Assembly (NCBI GenBank): GCA_025594325.1
Contig: JANHCV010000012.1
Span: 1,364,001 to 1,428,000 of the forward strand
Direction of reading: 5' to 3'
Length of the DNA: 64,000 nt
DNA from: Blastocladiella emersonii ATCC 22665
Lineage: Eukaryota > Fungi > Blastocladiomycota
The translations under genes and the position numbers were made by a program. The notes under the pieces were generated by a model. The model did no database searches. It was not told the origin of the DNA and saw only the letters and a program-made list of their open reading frames with translations. Position 1 is the stretch's first letter; each line of letters begins with the position of its first letter. Shown piece by piece: positions 35,202 to 46,657 of this stretch.

Positions 35202-37238
35202 ATGCCCAACGCCACCACGCAGACCCAGGGCGCCCAGGCCCCGAGGGTCATCACGCCCTCGGCGAGCGCCACCGCTGCTCCCGCCGCTGCCCCCGCTACT
35301 GCTGCTGCGTCCCCGGTCCCCGCTGCCTCTGGCCTGCGCGCTCCCGCCGGCCCGCGCACCCGCACCGTCTCGGGCACCTCGGTCCACTCGAACCACTCGT
35401 ACCGCAGCAACCGCACCTCGGGCAGCGCCCGGCGCGGCGGCCGCGGCGGCCACCACCATCACCACCACCACCACCACCATGGCCACCACCACCACGATGA
35501 CGACGAGGACGGCTACGGCTCCGACACGTCCATCTCGACCGTGTCGACCCTGACCTTCGAGCTGTCCAACACGTACATCCTGCCCGAGCCGTTCCTCGTC
35601 TTCTGCCCCTTCGACTGCGAGGACCAGACCCCGTACGCGTCGGTCCACCCGCTGCTCGACCACCTGCTGTCGCACCACGGCATCAAGATCGCCGACGTCG
35701 GCGTCGTGGCCGGCGTCATGACGACGTACCTCGACGAGTGGGCCCGCCGCATCCACAGCGACGCCGAGCTCAAGGCCGCCCTCGACGCCTTTGCCGAGAC
35801 CCAGGCGGCTGCCGCCGCCGCCGCCGCGGCTGCCGCGCCCGTCGTCGTCCCCGAGCCCGTGGCCGCCCCCGTGTCGTACGCGGCCGCCGCGTCCATGCCC
35901 CCGCCGGCCTCGCTCCTGTCGGCGCAGCTCGGCCCCAACGGCTCTGCGTCGTCGTCGCACGGCCACCACCGCGCCATCGCCATCACGTTCGGCGTGCCGC
36001 AGGACACGTGGGACCGCGACCTGCGCGCGGCGCTGACCAAGGCCAAGCTAACCGAGGTGCTCAAGCTGCAGGACAAGGAGCGCCAGACCGAGGCGCACAA
36101 CCCGCGCAAGTGCCTGTTCTGCAAGAAGGTGGCCGAGAACCGCACCGCCCTGTTCCGCCACATGTTCGCCGAGCACTCGTTCAACATTGGCCTGCCCGAT
36201 AACCTCGTCTACGTGTCGCACTTCCTCGACCTGCTGTCCGAGAAGCTCGCCAAGCTGCAGTGCCTGTACTGCGAGCGCACCTTCAAGTCGTCGGCGGTCC
36301 TGCGCAAGCACATGCGCAAGAAGCGCCACTTCCGCATCTCGCCGCGCAACCACGAGTACGACCGCTTCTACATTGTCAACTACCTCGAGCCCGGCAAGAA
36401 CTGGGAGACCCTCACCAACGCGGAAAAGTATTTCGAGTCGGACGACGAGAACGCCGACCGCCGCTCCGTCTACTCCAACGCCCTGACCGGCACCTCGTTC
36501 CCCGCCAACGGGTCGGTCCGCTCGCACCAGTCCTTCATGACCTCGGCGCTCGGCGAGGACGAGGACGACGCCGGGTGGTCCGACTGGGCCGACGACGACG
36601 ACGAGACGGCCGCCGCCGCCCGCGACGCGTGCCCGTGCCTGTTCTGCGACCACGTCGGCGCCGGCGCCGAGGCGTGCGTCGGCCACATGGCCGCCGAGCA
36701 CGCGTTCGACCTCCCCGCCGTCACCAAGGACATGGGCCTGTCGCTGTACCAGACCATTGTCCTCATCAACTACCTGCGCAAGGCCGCGCTTGTCCCGCGC
36801 TGCCCGCGCCCCGGGTGCACCGCCGCCATCGCCGACCTGCCCGCGCTCGCCAAGCACGTCGCCGCCCATAAGTGCCTGACCAAGCTCCCGCGCCCCGCGC
36901 CCGAGGCCAAGATGGACGTGTCCGTCAACCTCGCCGGCACCAACACGTTCGGCGATGAGCACGCGCTCCGCCAGGTCGCCGCCGAGCTCCGCGGGTCCCT
37001 CGCGGCCGCCGTGAGCGAGGGCGCCGACGCCGAGTCGACCGAGGACCTGCCCGCACAGTGGGACAAGGTCGGCGACACGGTCGTCACGCTGTCGGGCATG
37101 GAGGGCAAGCCCGAGGACTCGTTCTGGAACGACCCGCAGTACCTCTTCCCGACGCTCGACGGCGACCCGCTGCTGTCGTACGGCGTCGACCACGACGACG
37201 ACGAGGACTGGGACACGGAGCCGCAGTTCATGTTCTGA
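35202..37238 (+). CDS. ZNF277: Zinc finger protein 277-like (C2H2 fingers), intronless
   Basis: CLFCKKV...HMFAEHSFNIGLPDNLVYV, LQCLYCERTFKSSAVLRKHMRKKRH, YDRFYIVNYLEPGKNW, CLFCDH, FWNDPQYLFPTLDGDPLL. Confidence 0.88.
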   Translation: MPNATTQTQGAQAPRVITPSASATAAPAAAPATAAASPVPAASGLRAPAGPRTRTVSGTSVHSNHSYRSNRTSGSARRGGRGGHHHHHHHHHHGHHHHDDDEDGYGSDTSISTVSTLTFELSNTYILPEPFLVFCPFDCEDQTPYASVHPLLDHLLSHHGIKIADVGVVAGVMTTYLDEWARRIHSDAELKAALDAFAETQAAAAAAAAAAAPVVVPEPVAAPVSYAAAASMPPPASLLSAQLGPNGSASSSHGHHRAIAITFGVPQDTWDRDLRAALTKAKLTEVLKLQDKERQTEAHNPRKCLFCKKVAENRTALFRHMFAEHSFNIGLPDNLVYVSHFLDLLSEKLAKLQCLYCERTFKSSAVLRKHMRKKRHFRISPRNHEYDRFYIVNYLEPGKNWETLTNAEKYFESDDENADRRSVYSNALTGTSFPANGSVRSHQSFMTSALGEDEDDAGWSDWADDDDETAAAARDACPCLFCDHVGAGAEACVGHMAAEHAFDLPAVTKDMGLSLYQTIVLINYLRKAALVPRCPRPGCTAAIADLPALAKHVAAHKCLTKLPRPAPEAKMDVSVNLAGTNTFGDEHALRQVAAELRGSLAAAVSEGADAESTEDLPAQWDKVGDTVVTLSGMEGKPEDSFWNDPQYLFPTLDGDPLLSYGVDHDDDEDWDTEPQFMF

Positions 37239-37342
37239 TCGTCTCGCGTTCGCGAGGTCGGTTCTCGTACAAGCACCACCGCCAATGTCTAGCTCAAGTC
37301 CAAAATAAATAGTTGCAGTCCGTTTTTGTTCATCATCGTCCA

Positions 37343-39444
37343 TCACTGGTACAGCTTGAGGTACAGCGCCTTGAGCATGCGCGCCTCGTACGCGACCGAG
37401 TTGTGGGCGGGGTCAATGTTGGCCATGCCCATGGGGTCGACGACGGCGAGAATGTCGCGGCCGTGGCTCTCGGCCGTGTCGAAGAAGGCGAGGATCTCGT
37501 GGTACACGTCGTCCTTGAGCACGATCATCTGCTTGGCGAGGGTCTCGAACAGCGCGACGAAGCAGCGCTTCGCGTAGTACCACGTGTCGGTGCCGAGCTT
37601 GCGGGCCATGGGGTCCATGGACTTCATGACGCGGCCGATGCCGAACTCGAAGTTGCCCTTGGCGCAGTACAGGGTGCCGATGACGAGGTTGACGATGCAC
37701 AGGTGGAAGCACCGGCGCGTCGGGTCCTCGAAGGCGAGCCGCTCCTCCTCCTTCTCGATGCGGCGCATCAGGTCCTCGGCGGCCTCGTTCTGCGACGTCA
37801 TGATGTAGGCGACGCACAGGTTGGCGAGCACGATGGCCGTGACCTCGAGCAGCGAGTCGTCGAGGTGCTTGCGCACAATGGGCTCGTAGAAGGAGATGGC
37901 CTCCTTGTACTTGTTCTCCTGCATGAACAGGACGTGCGCGACGTTGAGCTTCCACGTGTCGTGCTCGGAGCAGAACTCGACCGACTTGCGGAAGATCTTC
38001 TCGACGACGTGGTACTCGCGCGTGTCCCAGTACAGCTTGGCCTGCGCCATGAGCACCGGGATGTACCGCTCGAGCTGCTCGTCGTACTCGTGCACGAGCC
38101 GCTTGACGAGGTCCTCGTCGCGGTTGTTGCGCGCGTCCTGCACGCCCTTGGAGAGGCGGCGCAGCTGCTCGACGTTCTTCTGGCCCATGTCGTCGAGCTT
38201 CTTGAACGAGTCCTCGGGCGACGCCGTCTTGAGCAGCACCGCCTCGAGAAAGTCGTACAGGTACCGCGACAGGACCGCGCGCGCGAGCCCCGAGTTCTCG
38301 GCGAGCAGGTCGGCCGCCGCGTCGTAGTACTCGAACTTGAGGTACAGCAGCAGCAGGTTGCCGAACGTCTCGGGCGGGCACGGCACCTGCTGCAGCAGGA
38401 AAATCAGCTTCTCGAACCCCGTGGCCGGCTCCGTGTCCATGTGCACCAGCGCCTGGTTGTGCAGCGTGACGGGATCCAGCTCCTCCTCGAGCCGCGGCGG
38501 CATGTCCTGCAGGGCCTCCTTGGCGGCGACGACTACACGGGGGTCGGGAGACGCGGTTAGTCGCGATGACGAAGCGAGAGCAAGGGAGCAAGCGCACAGT
38601 TCTTGAGGTTGTACTCGATGGCGGCCTTGAGGTTAAAGGCCTCGACGAGAAACGACTTGTGCAGCGAGACCGTGTTGCCGACGCTGAGGATCTCCTCGGG
38701 CAGGACGCCGACGTTGAGGTCGGGGTAGTCGCGGATGCCGTGCTCGATGATGTCGGCAATGAACTTGAGCGAGGTCACGTACTCGCGGCGCTGGTACGCG
38801 CACAGGGCCATGTTGTAGAAGAGCTCCGGGTGGTACCCTTGGCGCTTGGCGGCCTCGTTGAACCGGACCAGGGCGTCGGCGTACTTGCCCTCCTTGTACA
38901 GCAGACACGCCTGGTTGAAGATGGTGTCGACGTCGTCCTGCGCGCACTGGTCGATGAGCACGCGGCACCCCGTCACGTCGTCCGACTCGTACTTGATGGC
39001 CGCCTGCAGCCGCTTGATCTGCTCGCTGAACTGCGGGTTGCCGATCGCCTGGCACGCGTCCTGCGCCGCCGGGTACTGGCCCGCCTTGTACAGCGCCTGC
39101 GCATAGTGCAGCTTGTACTCGTCGACGTCGGGGTAGTACTTGACGAGCTCCTCGTAGCTACGCAGTTGCGTGGTGGCGGCGTGAGTCAAGGAGCGTCTCG
39201 GCGCGAGCGCGTGTAACACGGACCATCCAGCGGCGCCGAGCCAGTCCTGCTGCTGGTAGTAGCACCAGGCGATGAGCGAGAGCGCGGGGCGCGAGCGCGG
39301 GTTGGCGACGAGCTCCTGGTTGAGCAGGGCCGTCACGTCGTCGAAGCGCTCGTCGCGGATCAGCGAGTAGATGGTGTGGGTGATCTTGCCCTGCGGGATC
39401 TGCGACACGGCGAGGGGCGCGGGCTGCTGCTCGGTGGATGCCAT
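37343..39444 (-). CDS. TTC30: Intraflagellar transport TPR protein IFT70/TTC30 (fleer/DYF-1); introns 39158-39223 and 38533-38597
   Basis: IYSLIRDERF, YKLHYAQALYKAG, EAFNLKAAIEY, DMPPRLEEELDPVTLHNQAL, CPPETFGNLLLLY, HLCIVNLVIGTLYCAKGNFEFGI, TDTWYYAKRCF. Confidence 0.95.
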
Positions 39445-39674
39445 TCTGCGTTCATTCAGTGCGATGCATGTGTGTGGGGTGGCGTGTGGTGCGCCATGGC
39501 TAACGAGCGATCGGCCGACGGACGCGCGGCGAGAGCGAGGACCGCGCGCGAGAGACGCGTCGGCGCGAACCGTCACGTGAGCGGCGCGGCGCGCACCCAC
39601 GCCGTGTCTCGCACCGCGCCGCCGCCGCGATTTCGCGCCGCGCGTAAAAAAGAAGCGCGCACGCCGCCGCCGCC

Positions 39675-40142
39675 GCCGTCTCCCAGCGCGATAACGCCCT
39701 TGTTACTTGTTACCGCCTCCCCTCGCACGCGCGCTCGCTCGAGTTCGACGCGCCGCCGCGTCACGCCCGACCGAACAAGTCGATTCTTGTTGAGTGATGA
39801 TGGTGCGTGCCCGTGTCTCCCTGCAAGCGCCTGCTTGTTCGCCGCCGCCCGTGTCGCGTCCCTGCACGCGTGCGTGTCCCGCGAGCCTGCCTCGGTCTTG
39901 CTTGCTTCACGCGTGTCTCGCACGTTTCCGCGCGCACGCGCCGACCCGCCGGTTCACGCACGGGCCCGACACGCGACCGCACGGGCACCGTGGGTAACAG
40001 GCACGGCGGGATCGCCCTGCCGCGCGCGCCCCGCTTTCTTGTTCGTGACGTGTTCCGGCCACCGCCGCCGCCGTGCGCTGGCTGCGCGCCGCGCGACTCC
40101 GAGCGCGCGCCCTTCGCTGCTGGCCGCCCGCCGAGTATAAAG
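39675..40142 (+). promoter_or_regulatory. Promoter of Thr-rich gene 2: six CTTGTT/AACAAG sites, the shared 16-bp block and a TATA box
   Basis: CTTGTT at 39699, 39706, 39786, 39834 and 40038; AACAAG at 39774; GCCGTCTCCCAGCGCG at 39675-39690; GGCCGCCCG at 40122; TATAAAG at 40136. Confidence 0.65.
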
Positions 40143-40351
40143 CGCGGCGCCCCCGCCCGCCCTCCCTCCTCTCTCGTTCCTCACCCTCCGCCGTCGCCGT
40201 CCTCGCAGTCGAGCCGTCCCCTCCCCTCCGCTAGAAACTTGCATCCTTGCACTCGCCCCGTCGTCGCCCAGAAGAGCCGAATCGCGGTAGATCAACTCGC
40301 ATACACCACCACCCCCTCCCCTCCTACACCCACCACCACCCACACACCAAG

Positions 40352-41261
40352 ATGCAGATCCAGTCAGTCCTCCTCGTCCTCGCCGCGCTCGCCGCCCTCA
40401 CCAACGCGTACGTTTGCCGCGCTCGCTCTCGCGCTCGCGACGCGACGCAACGCGCCGCGCCCGCTCTCCTCGGAACACAAACTGACGCGTCGCCACCCTC
40501 GCCCTCCCCCTCGCAGCGCCCCGAACGGCTACTCGTACGGCGACGTGTCCTCGTACATCCCGCCGCCCGTGTCGACGTCGAGCTCGACCAAGGTGACGAC
40601 CACGACGGCCGTCGACATCCCGCCGACGGTGACGCCGACGGTGACGGTCGCCAACATTGTGCTGACGCGCGTCACGGTGACGTCGACCATCAACCAGCTC
40701 TTCACCGACACGTACATCCTGTGCCGCCCGACGACCGAGACGTCGACGCTGATCGCGACCGAGACGTTCCCCGTGACGTCGACGGCCATCGAGACCAACA
40801 CGGCCACGGTGACCGAGACGGAGCGCACCACGGCGACCGAGACGCAGTCGACGACGACGACCGAGGCCGTGACCACCACCGCCACGGCGACCGCGACGGC
40901 CACGGTGACCGAGACGGCGACCGTGTCGTCGGAGGTGACGCAGACGGCGACGGCGACCGAGACCAACACGGTGACCAACACGCAGACGGCGACCGAGACG
41001 GTGACGGACGTGGCGACCACGTCGGTGACCGAGACGGTGACGGGCACGACCACGGTGACCGAGACCAACACGGTGCCCATCACCAACACGGCCACGGTGA
41101 CCAACACGGTGACGGTGACGACCACGACCACGTCGACCGAGACCGTGACCGTGACCAAGCCGCCCGCGTCGACGACGGTCGTCACGACCACGACCACGCC
41201 GTGCGAGACCGCGACGCCCACGTCGACGCCCTGCACCACCACGACCAAGGCCGCGTACTAA
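40352..41261 (+). CDS. Secreted Thr-rich mucin/adhesin-like protein 2; intron 40408-40516
   Basis: Signal peptide MQIQSVLLVLAALAALTNA|A, then TTTTAVDIP, TET/TAT repeats and TTPCETATPTSTPCTTTTKAAY*. The intron reads GTACGT..ACTGAC..CAG. Confidence 0.8.
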
Positions 41262-41641
41262 GGACGCGTCGTCAAGTCGTCGCTCTTCAAGGTTCGCCGC
41301 GTGACGCGCCTGCCGCGCGCGCGCGACGGCGGCCGGCCACCTTCTCCCTCCCCCTCTTTTGGACCACCCCCATTGCACCCTACCCTCTCTCGTTGATCGC
41401 ACTCACCGCTCTTCATACCTCTCTTCCCTTCTCTCCTCTCGACATTGCACTCCTCTCCCTCTCCCCTACGTGTTGCCAACCCGTACCTCTCCCCTCTCTT
41501 TTCTCCCCTCATGCATGCCAGCAAGACCTAATATCACTGTTCGTTTGGGACCGACCATCCCACGTTTACATCTATCCACTGTCGTCTTCCCAAGCGTCTT
41601 GAGTGTGAGCTAGTGAGCAAGCAAGTGTATTGAGTAGCAAG

Positions 41642-42755
41642 TTACTGCTTCTTCTCGGCGGCCTTGAGCACGTTGCCGAGCTCGTACTCGTAGAAGCCGC
41701 GGCCGACCTTCTTGCCGAGCCAACCGGCGTCGACGTAGGTCTGGAGCAGCGGCGAGGGGCGGTATTTTGACTCGCCGAGCTGGGTGTGGAGGATCTTCAT
41801 GATGGACAGGCACGTGTCGAGGCCGATGAAGTCGGCGAGGACGAGCGGGCCCATGGGCATGTTGGTGCCGAGCTTCATGGTGGTATCGATGTCCTCGCGG
41901 GTGCCGATGCCCGAGTCGAGGGCGAACACGGCCTCGTTGATGTAGGGCATGAGCAGGCGGTTGGCGATGAACCCGGGCACGTCGCGCGACAGCGTGGTGG
42001 TCTTGCCCATGGCGGCGGCGAGCGCGAGCGTCGTGTCGAGCGTCGTGGGCGAGGTGGCGAGGCCCGGGATGATCTCGACCAGCTTCATGATCGGGACCGG
42101 GTTCATGAAGTGCATGCCGACCACGTTGGCGGCGCGCGCGTGCGAGCCCGTCGCGGCCGCGATCTTGGTGATGGAGATGGACGAGGTGTTGGACGCCAGG
42201 ATCGCCGACTCGGACGTGACCTCGGTCAGCTGCTTGAAGATCTTGGCCTTGAGGTCCACGTTCTCGGACACGGCCTCGATCGAGAAGTCGACCTCGGCGA
42301 ACGCGTCGAGCGACGTGGTCGTCGACACGCGCGCCAGCGTCTCGGCGCGCGCCTCCTCGGTCAGCTTGCCCTTGGACACGTCCTTCTTGAGCACGGCGTC
42401 TACGCGGGCGCGCGGGCGAGGGTGGGTGAGCGGGCTGTCAACGAGCGGTGACGCGGTCCCAACGTACTGATGTAGTTGAGGCCCTTCTCGATCTGGACGG
42501 GGTTCGTGTCCATGATCATGACGGGCAGCTTGGCCACGTTGGCGGCGACGCACGCGATGCCGACGCCCATCTGGCCGGCGCCGATGACGCCCACCTTGCG
42601 CACGCCGTGCGGCTTCTACGCGGTTGGTCGTTCGGTCGCGCGGGTGAGCATCGGGGCCCGATCATTCATGTGCATTCATGGGGGGTGGTGCATACAGCGA
42701 CAGCGGTCGAGTAGGCGCGGCACAGGGCCGGGAGGGAAGCGGTGCGGCCGAACAT
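41642..42755 (-). CDS. Mitochondrial 3-hydroxybutyryl-CoA/3-hydroxyacyl-CoA dehydrogenase; introns 42616-42695 and 42400-42467
   Basis: Presequence-like MFGRTASLPALCRAYSTAVA, VGVIGAGQMGVGIA, EAVSEN, ASNTSSISIT, GMHFMNPVP, GFIANRLL, PMGPLVLADFIGLD. Confidence 0.92.
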
Positions 42756-43188
42756 GGTGATGCGTGCGAGCGTCGTCGATGGCGAGGCAGGGAGAGAGAG
42801 CGAGGACCGATCGCGGCGGCGTAGGTTGCGCTACGGTTCGCCCCAACAGTCAGCCCGACCGCTCGGAACAGGTCGGGACATGATCGGCGCCACGGCCCGC
42901 GTGCGCGGCGGCCCGGTCCGCGTGACTGCGACGCGCGACGCGTCTCGCCGTGTTTTCGCCTTCGGGAGCGCTTCCGGCGCACGCTGAGTCTCCGCACCCC
43001 GAAACGACGGTCCCGCACTCGGACCGCGCCCTGCCCTGCCTGCACCCACTCGCCCGCCCGCGCGACCGCGACGCGCGCCTATCCGACAGCAGCCGATCAT
43101 GCTCCCCGACCTCTGCACGCTCGCCACGGCCATCCAGGAATCCGCACAGCGGCCAGCACCACCACGACGCACCAAGGGATCACCCACC

Positions 43189-44044
43189 ATGACTGCCGTC
43201 GATCCCGCCGTGGTCACCGTCGCGGTCCCTGCGCTCGTCGCCGCCGCGCCGCGCCCGCGGACCCCAACACGGGTCGTGCTCCGGCCCGCGTTCCTCGCCC
43301 TCGTCTACCTGCTCGGCACGGCCCTCGTGCTTCTCGCTGCGGCGCCGGTCGCCGTCGTCGAGGCCCAGAGTCACCGCTGTGGAGAGTGTACGCTGCCGCC
43401 CCTCGCCGCCAGTCGTCCCGGACACGAGCTGACACTGTTGCGTAGTCATGTACCTCAACCTGCGCCCGTCGAGCTCGGCCAACTCGACGCACCGGGTTCT
43501 CGGCTTCTCGTACCCGCGGGGCAACGCGCGCGTCTTCGACATTCTGCGCGGCAAGGCGCTGGTGCTCAAGCGCAACGGGCTCATGACGCACCGGCGCGAG
43601 CTCGGGCACCCGCGCAGCTACGTGCGGTACGGGTTCCAGACGCTGCCGTCGATCCCGCGGTCCGCGTTCACGGGTGCGGGCGCGACGACGGACCTGATCG
43701 CCGAGGCGCGCGTCGGGTGGCTCAAGGGCCGCCAGCGCGGCCAGTGCCGCCCCGCAGAGTACCGCCTCGCCCTGTACCTCGACGACGTCGAGATCGCCAA
43801 CCAGGACCTCACCATGTTCGACCGCAAGCCGCGCCCCTCCGTGATCCGCCTCGTTATCCCCAAGTCGGCGTGGAACGGCACCTCGCTCGCGACGCCCCGG
43901 CCGGCCTCCGCCGACGGTAGCCGTGGTGACGACGGCGTGCGCCTCACGCTCCAGATGATGCAGCGCAACGTCAACGGCCACGTCCCGTGCATCGACTCGA
44001 CCACGCTCTACATGCGCCACCTCAAGCTGTGCCGCGCCGCGTGA
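43189..44044 (+). CDS. Hypothetical secreted or signal-anchored protein; intron 43388-43445
   Basis: A hydrophobic stretch AFLALVYLLGTALVLLAAAPVAVVEAQ is followed by a typical 58-nt intron and a ~200-aa globular exon with four Cys overall. No family recognised. Confidence 0.7.
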
Positions 44045-44197
44045 GGGAGCGCGGGGTCGGCCACGCTCGGCCGAGGGACACGCGCGCGCGCGCGTAGTAG
44101 TGTCTCCCGCGCCCACTCTCGCACACCAACTCGCCCTCAATACACCCACTACGTTTGTCCTCTGTCTAAACCATGTATGCGGTGCCGATGAGACAAC

Positions 44198-45939
44198 ATG
44201 AACTGGGACCAGATTGAAGGTAGCTGTCGCGTGAACCGGTCATGGACGATAGAACTCACGACGACCGACTGAGTGAACAGAGCGCGACCGCCGTCGGGAC
44301 GCGGACGCTCGCCGGCTCAAGGATGGTGCGGATAGTCCAAGAGCAGCGCGCACGGTGGAGGCCTGACCCACGATCGCCGGTTAGAGCAGCGAAGACAGGC
44401 GGAAGAGGTCAAGGCCCGGCGAAGAGTTGACTTTCAGGGCGCTACGACACCCGCACCGACAGCTACGGCAGCGGCTGCTGCCGACTCGGTACGCCCATGT
44501 CTCGCACGCGCTCTCGGCAGGTAGACCCTGACATCGTCGTCGCCGTGTAGATCCGAGCCGCGACCATCAACGCGACCATCTCACCACGCGCCACCCTCCT
44601 CCCCTCCGCCGCGTACACGGCGCTCGCGCTGAGCCCAAAACCGCTGACCCTCCCGCCACTCTCCCTCGCCACAGCCCTTCCACCAACGCAATCCGCCTCC
44701 CTCGACGCGCGCGACACGGACCTGATCCTCGCCCGCCTGACGTCGCTCGAACACGCGCTGGACCGCGAGCGCGCGCGCCGCATGGCGCTCGAGGAGCACG
44801 TCCTGGCGGACCGCCTGCGCCTCGACGACCTCGCCGCCTCGCTCGCCGCTGGCCACCGCGCCCTGCAGGCCGATGTCGGGACGCTCGCCGCCGCGGTGTC
44901 GCAGCTGCGCACCGCGTGGGACGCACATGGCGCGGGCGGCGCACAGGTGCGCGAAGCTGTCGCCGACCTCGCGGCCCGCGTCGCGGGCATCGCTGAAGAC
45001 GTCGCGACCGTCCAGGCGGCCGCCGCGCGCGTCCCCGAGTACGTCCAGGCCCGCGCGGTCCGCGCCGAAGCCGGGTTCCGCGACGCCATCGCGCACGCGG
45101 CGGCGGCCGCGGCGGTTGAGGCGGACCGCGTCGCGCGCGACGCCGAGGCACGCGCAGTCGCTGCGGCATCGGCAGCCGTCTCGGGACTCGACGAGCGGAC
45201 CGCCGCGGCGCTCGCGGCGCTCCGCGGACACATCGACGCCACCAGAGGCCCGCTGCGCGAGGCAGTGACCGCGCAGGCCGGCGCGATCGCGGACGCCATT
45301 GCTCGTGCGGACGCGGAGACGTCCCGCATCCACGGCGTCCTCAAAGCCGAGATCCGCGCGCGGGTGGCTGCCGACGCAGCACTTGCGGGCGAGGTCCGCG
45401 CGGCGCACGCGTCGGTCGGCGAGCTCACGCGGCGCGTCGACTCGGAGCTCGCGGCGCGCGACGCACACGAGGAGCACACCGAGGTGAGTCTCCGCGCCGC
45501 CGCCGAGGCGAACGTGAAGGCGGTCGTGGCAAGGGTCGCGGGGCTCGAGGCGCGCGTGCGCGCGCAGGAGATGTTTAACGAGATTCGCCGGCAGCAGACA
45601 ACGGCGCAGCATCCGGTCGCGGTGCAGGCGGCGGCTGACGACGAGGACCCCGTCATGGCCGAGCTCGAACGTACCCTCGCCCCGCGGCGGCGCGCGGGCA
45701 TGGACTCGGTCACGGCCATGATGGCGGGCGGCGCGAAGCCTGCGCAGCCGGCGCCGAATCCGCCCGCGTCCGAAGACGTCAAGGACCCCGAGATCGCCAA
45801 GGCTCTCGTCGACGAGCTCATTGACCGCGCGCTGCAGCAGTCGGCGGGCAAGACGCGAGGCGGCGGTGGCGGCGGCGTGCAGGTGCCCGCGGCGGTCGCG
45901 GCCATCGAGAAGGGGCAGGCGGGCGGCGCGGGCGTGTGA
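44198..45939 (+). CDS. Coiled-coil protein of unknown function; introns 44220-44280, 44326-44384, 44489-44550
   Basis: Three 59-62-nt introns join MNWDQIE|ERDRRRDADARRLKD|EQRRQAEEVKARRRVDFQ...ADS|IRAA... to a long Ala/Arg/Glu heptad-like ORF. Confidence 0.65.
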
Positions 45940-46070
45940 TGATGCCGGGCAATGTAATAAAACAGCAGGTCGAGTGCATGGCGTGTCGGCGTGGCCACCT
46001 TGTCAACGTCACCCCTCAGGTCACAATCTGCAAGTACCGCTCACGGCAGCAGACGGCGGCGATCCCATAC

Positions 46071-46103
46071 GAGCTTCGGTGAGCTTCGGTGAGCTTCAGT
46101 GAG
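46071..46103. repeat. 10-bp tandem repeat (GAGCTTCRGT)x3.3
   Basis: gagcttcggt gagcttcggt gagcttcagt gag. Confidence 0.85.
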
Positions 46104-46657
46104 GTGGTCAAGCTTTGGCGACAGCGTTGGTAACCAACGAACGCTGCCTCAAATACAAGGACGGCCGGTGCGCGGCGGACGAGCCTGCACGGCGCCCACC
46201 GGATGAAGACAGGCGGGTGGCACCGGGCTGCTGACGGCTCACGGCGGCCGCGCGGACCCACAAGAAGCACACAAGTTGCAAGAGGGTGGACACACACGGG
46301 CCCAAGAGCGAAGCGAGCCAGCGCGCGAGGGTGCCTGCCGCTGGTCTGCCTGTTGTTGCGAGGTGTGATGCGATGTGATGCGTTGCATAGAGTTCATTCA
46401 TCAAGTTTCATTGGGTTCATCCATTCCAGCTGCCTCTAAGCGTCCGTGCGGCTGTGAGGGCTGTCTGCGGTGACTTGGCACGGCTGGCCAAGGTCGCTGG
46501 AAGGTCGGCGGCCGGCGCCACACACGTGGAGCTGAAACGTCTCCACCCGCTGCCACCGACCCGGCCGCCGTCGCCGCCACCGCCGTCGAGCCCAACCCTT
46601 CACATCGCCGCGCACCCGCCGTGGACTGCTCCTCCTCTCCACGTACGGCCGAACACC

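Noticed and set aside
46440-46657. Shared ribosomal-protein promoter motif (Homol-D-like GTGAC) in RPS6 and RPL17
   Set aside because: Only 5-6-nt partial matches, which are expected by chance.
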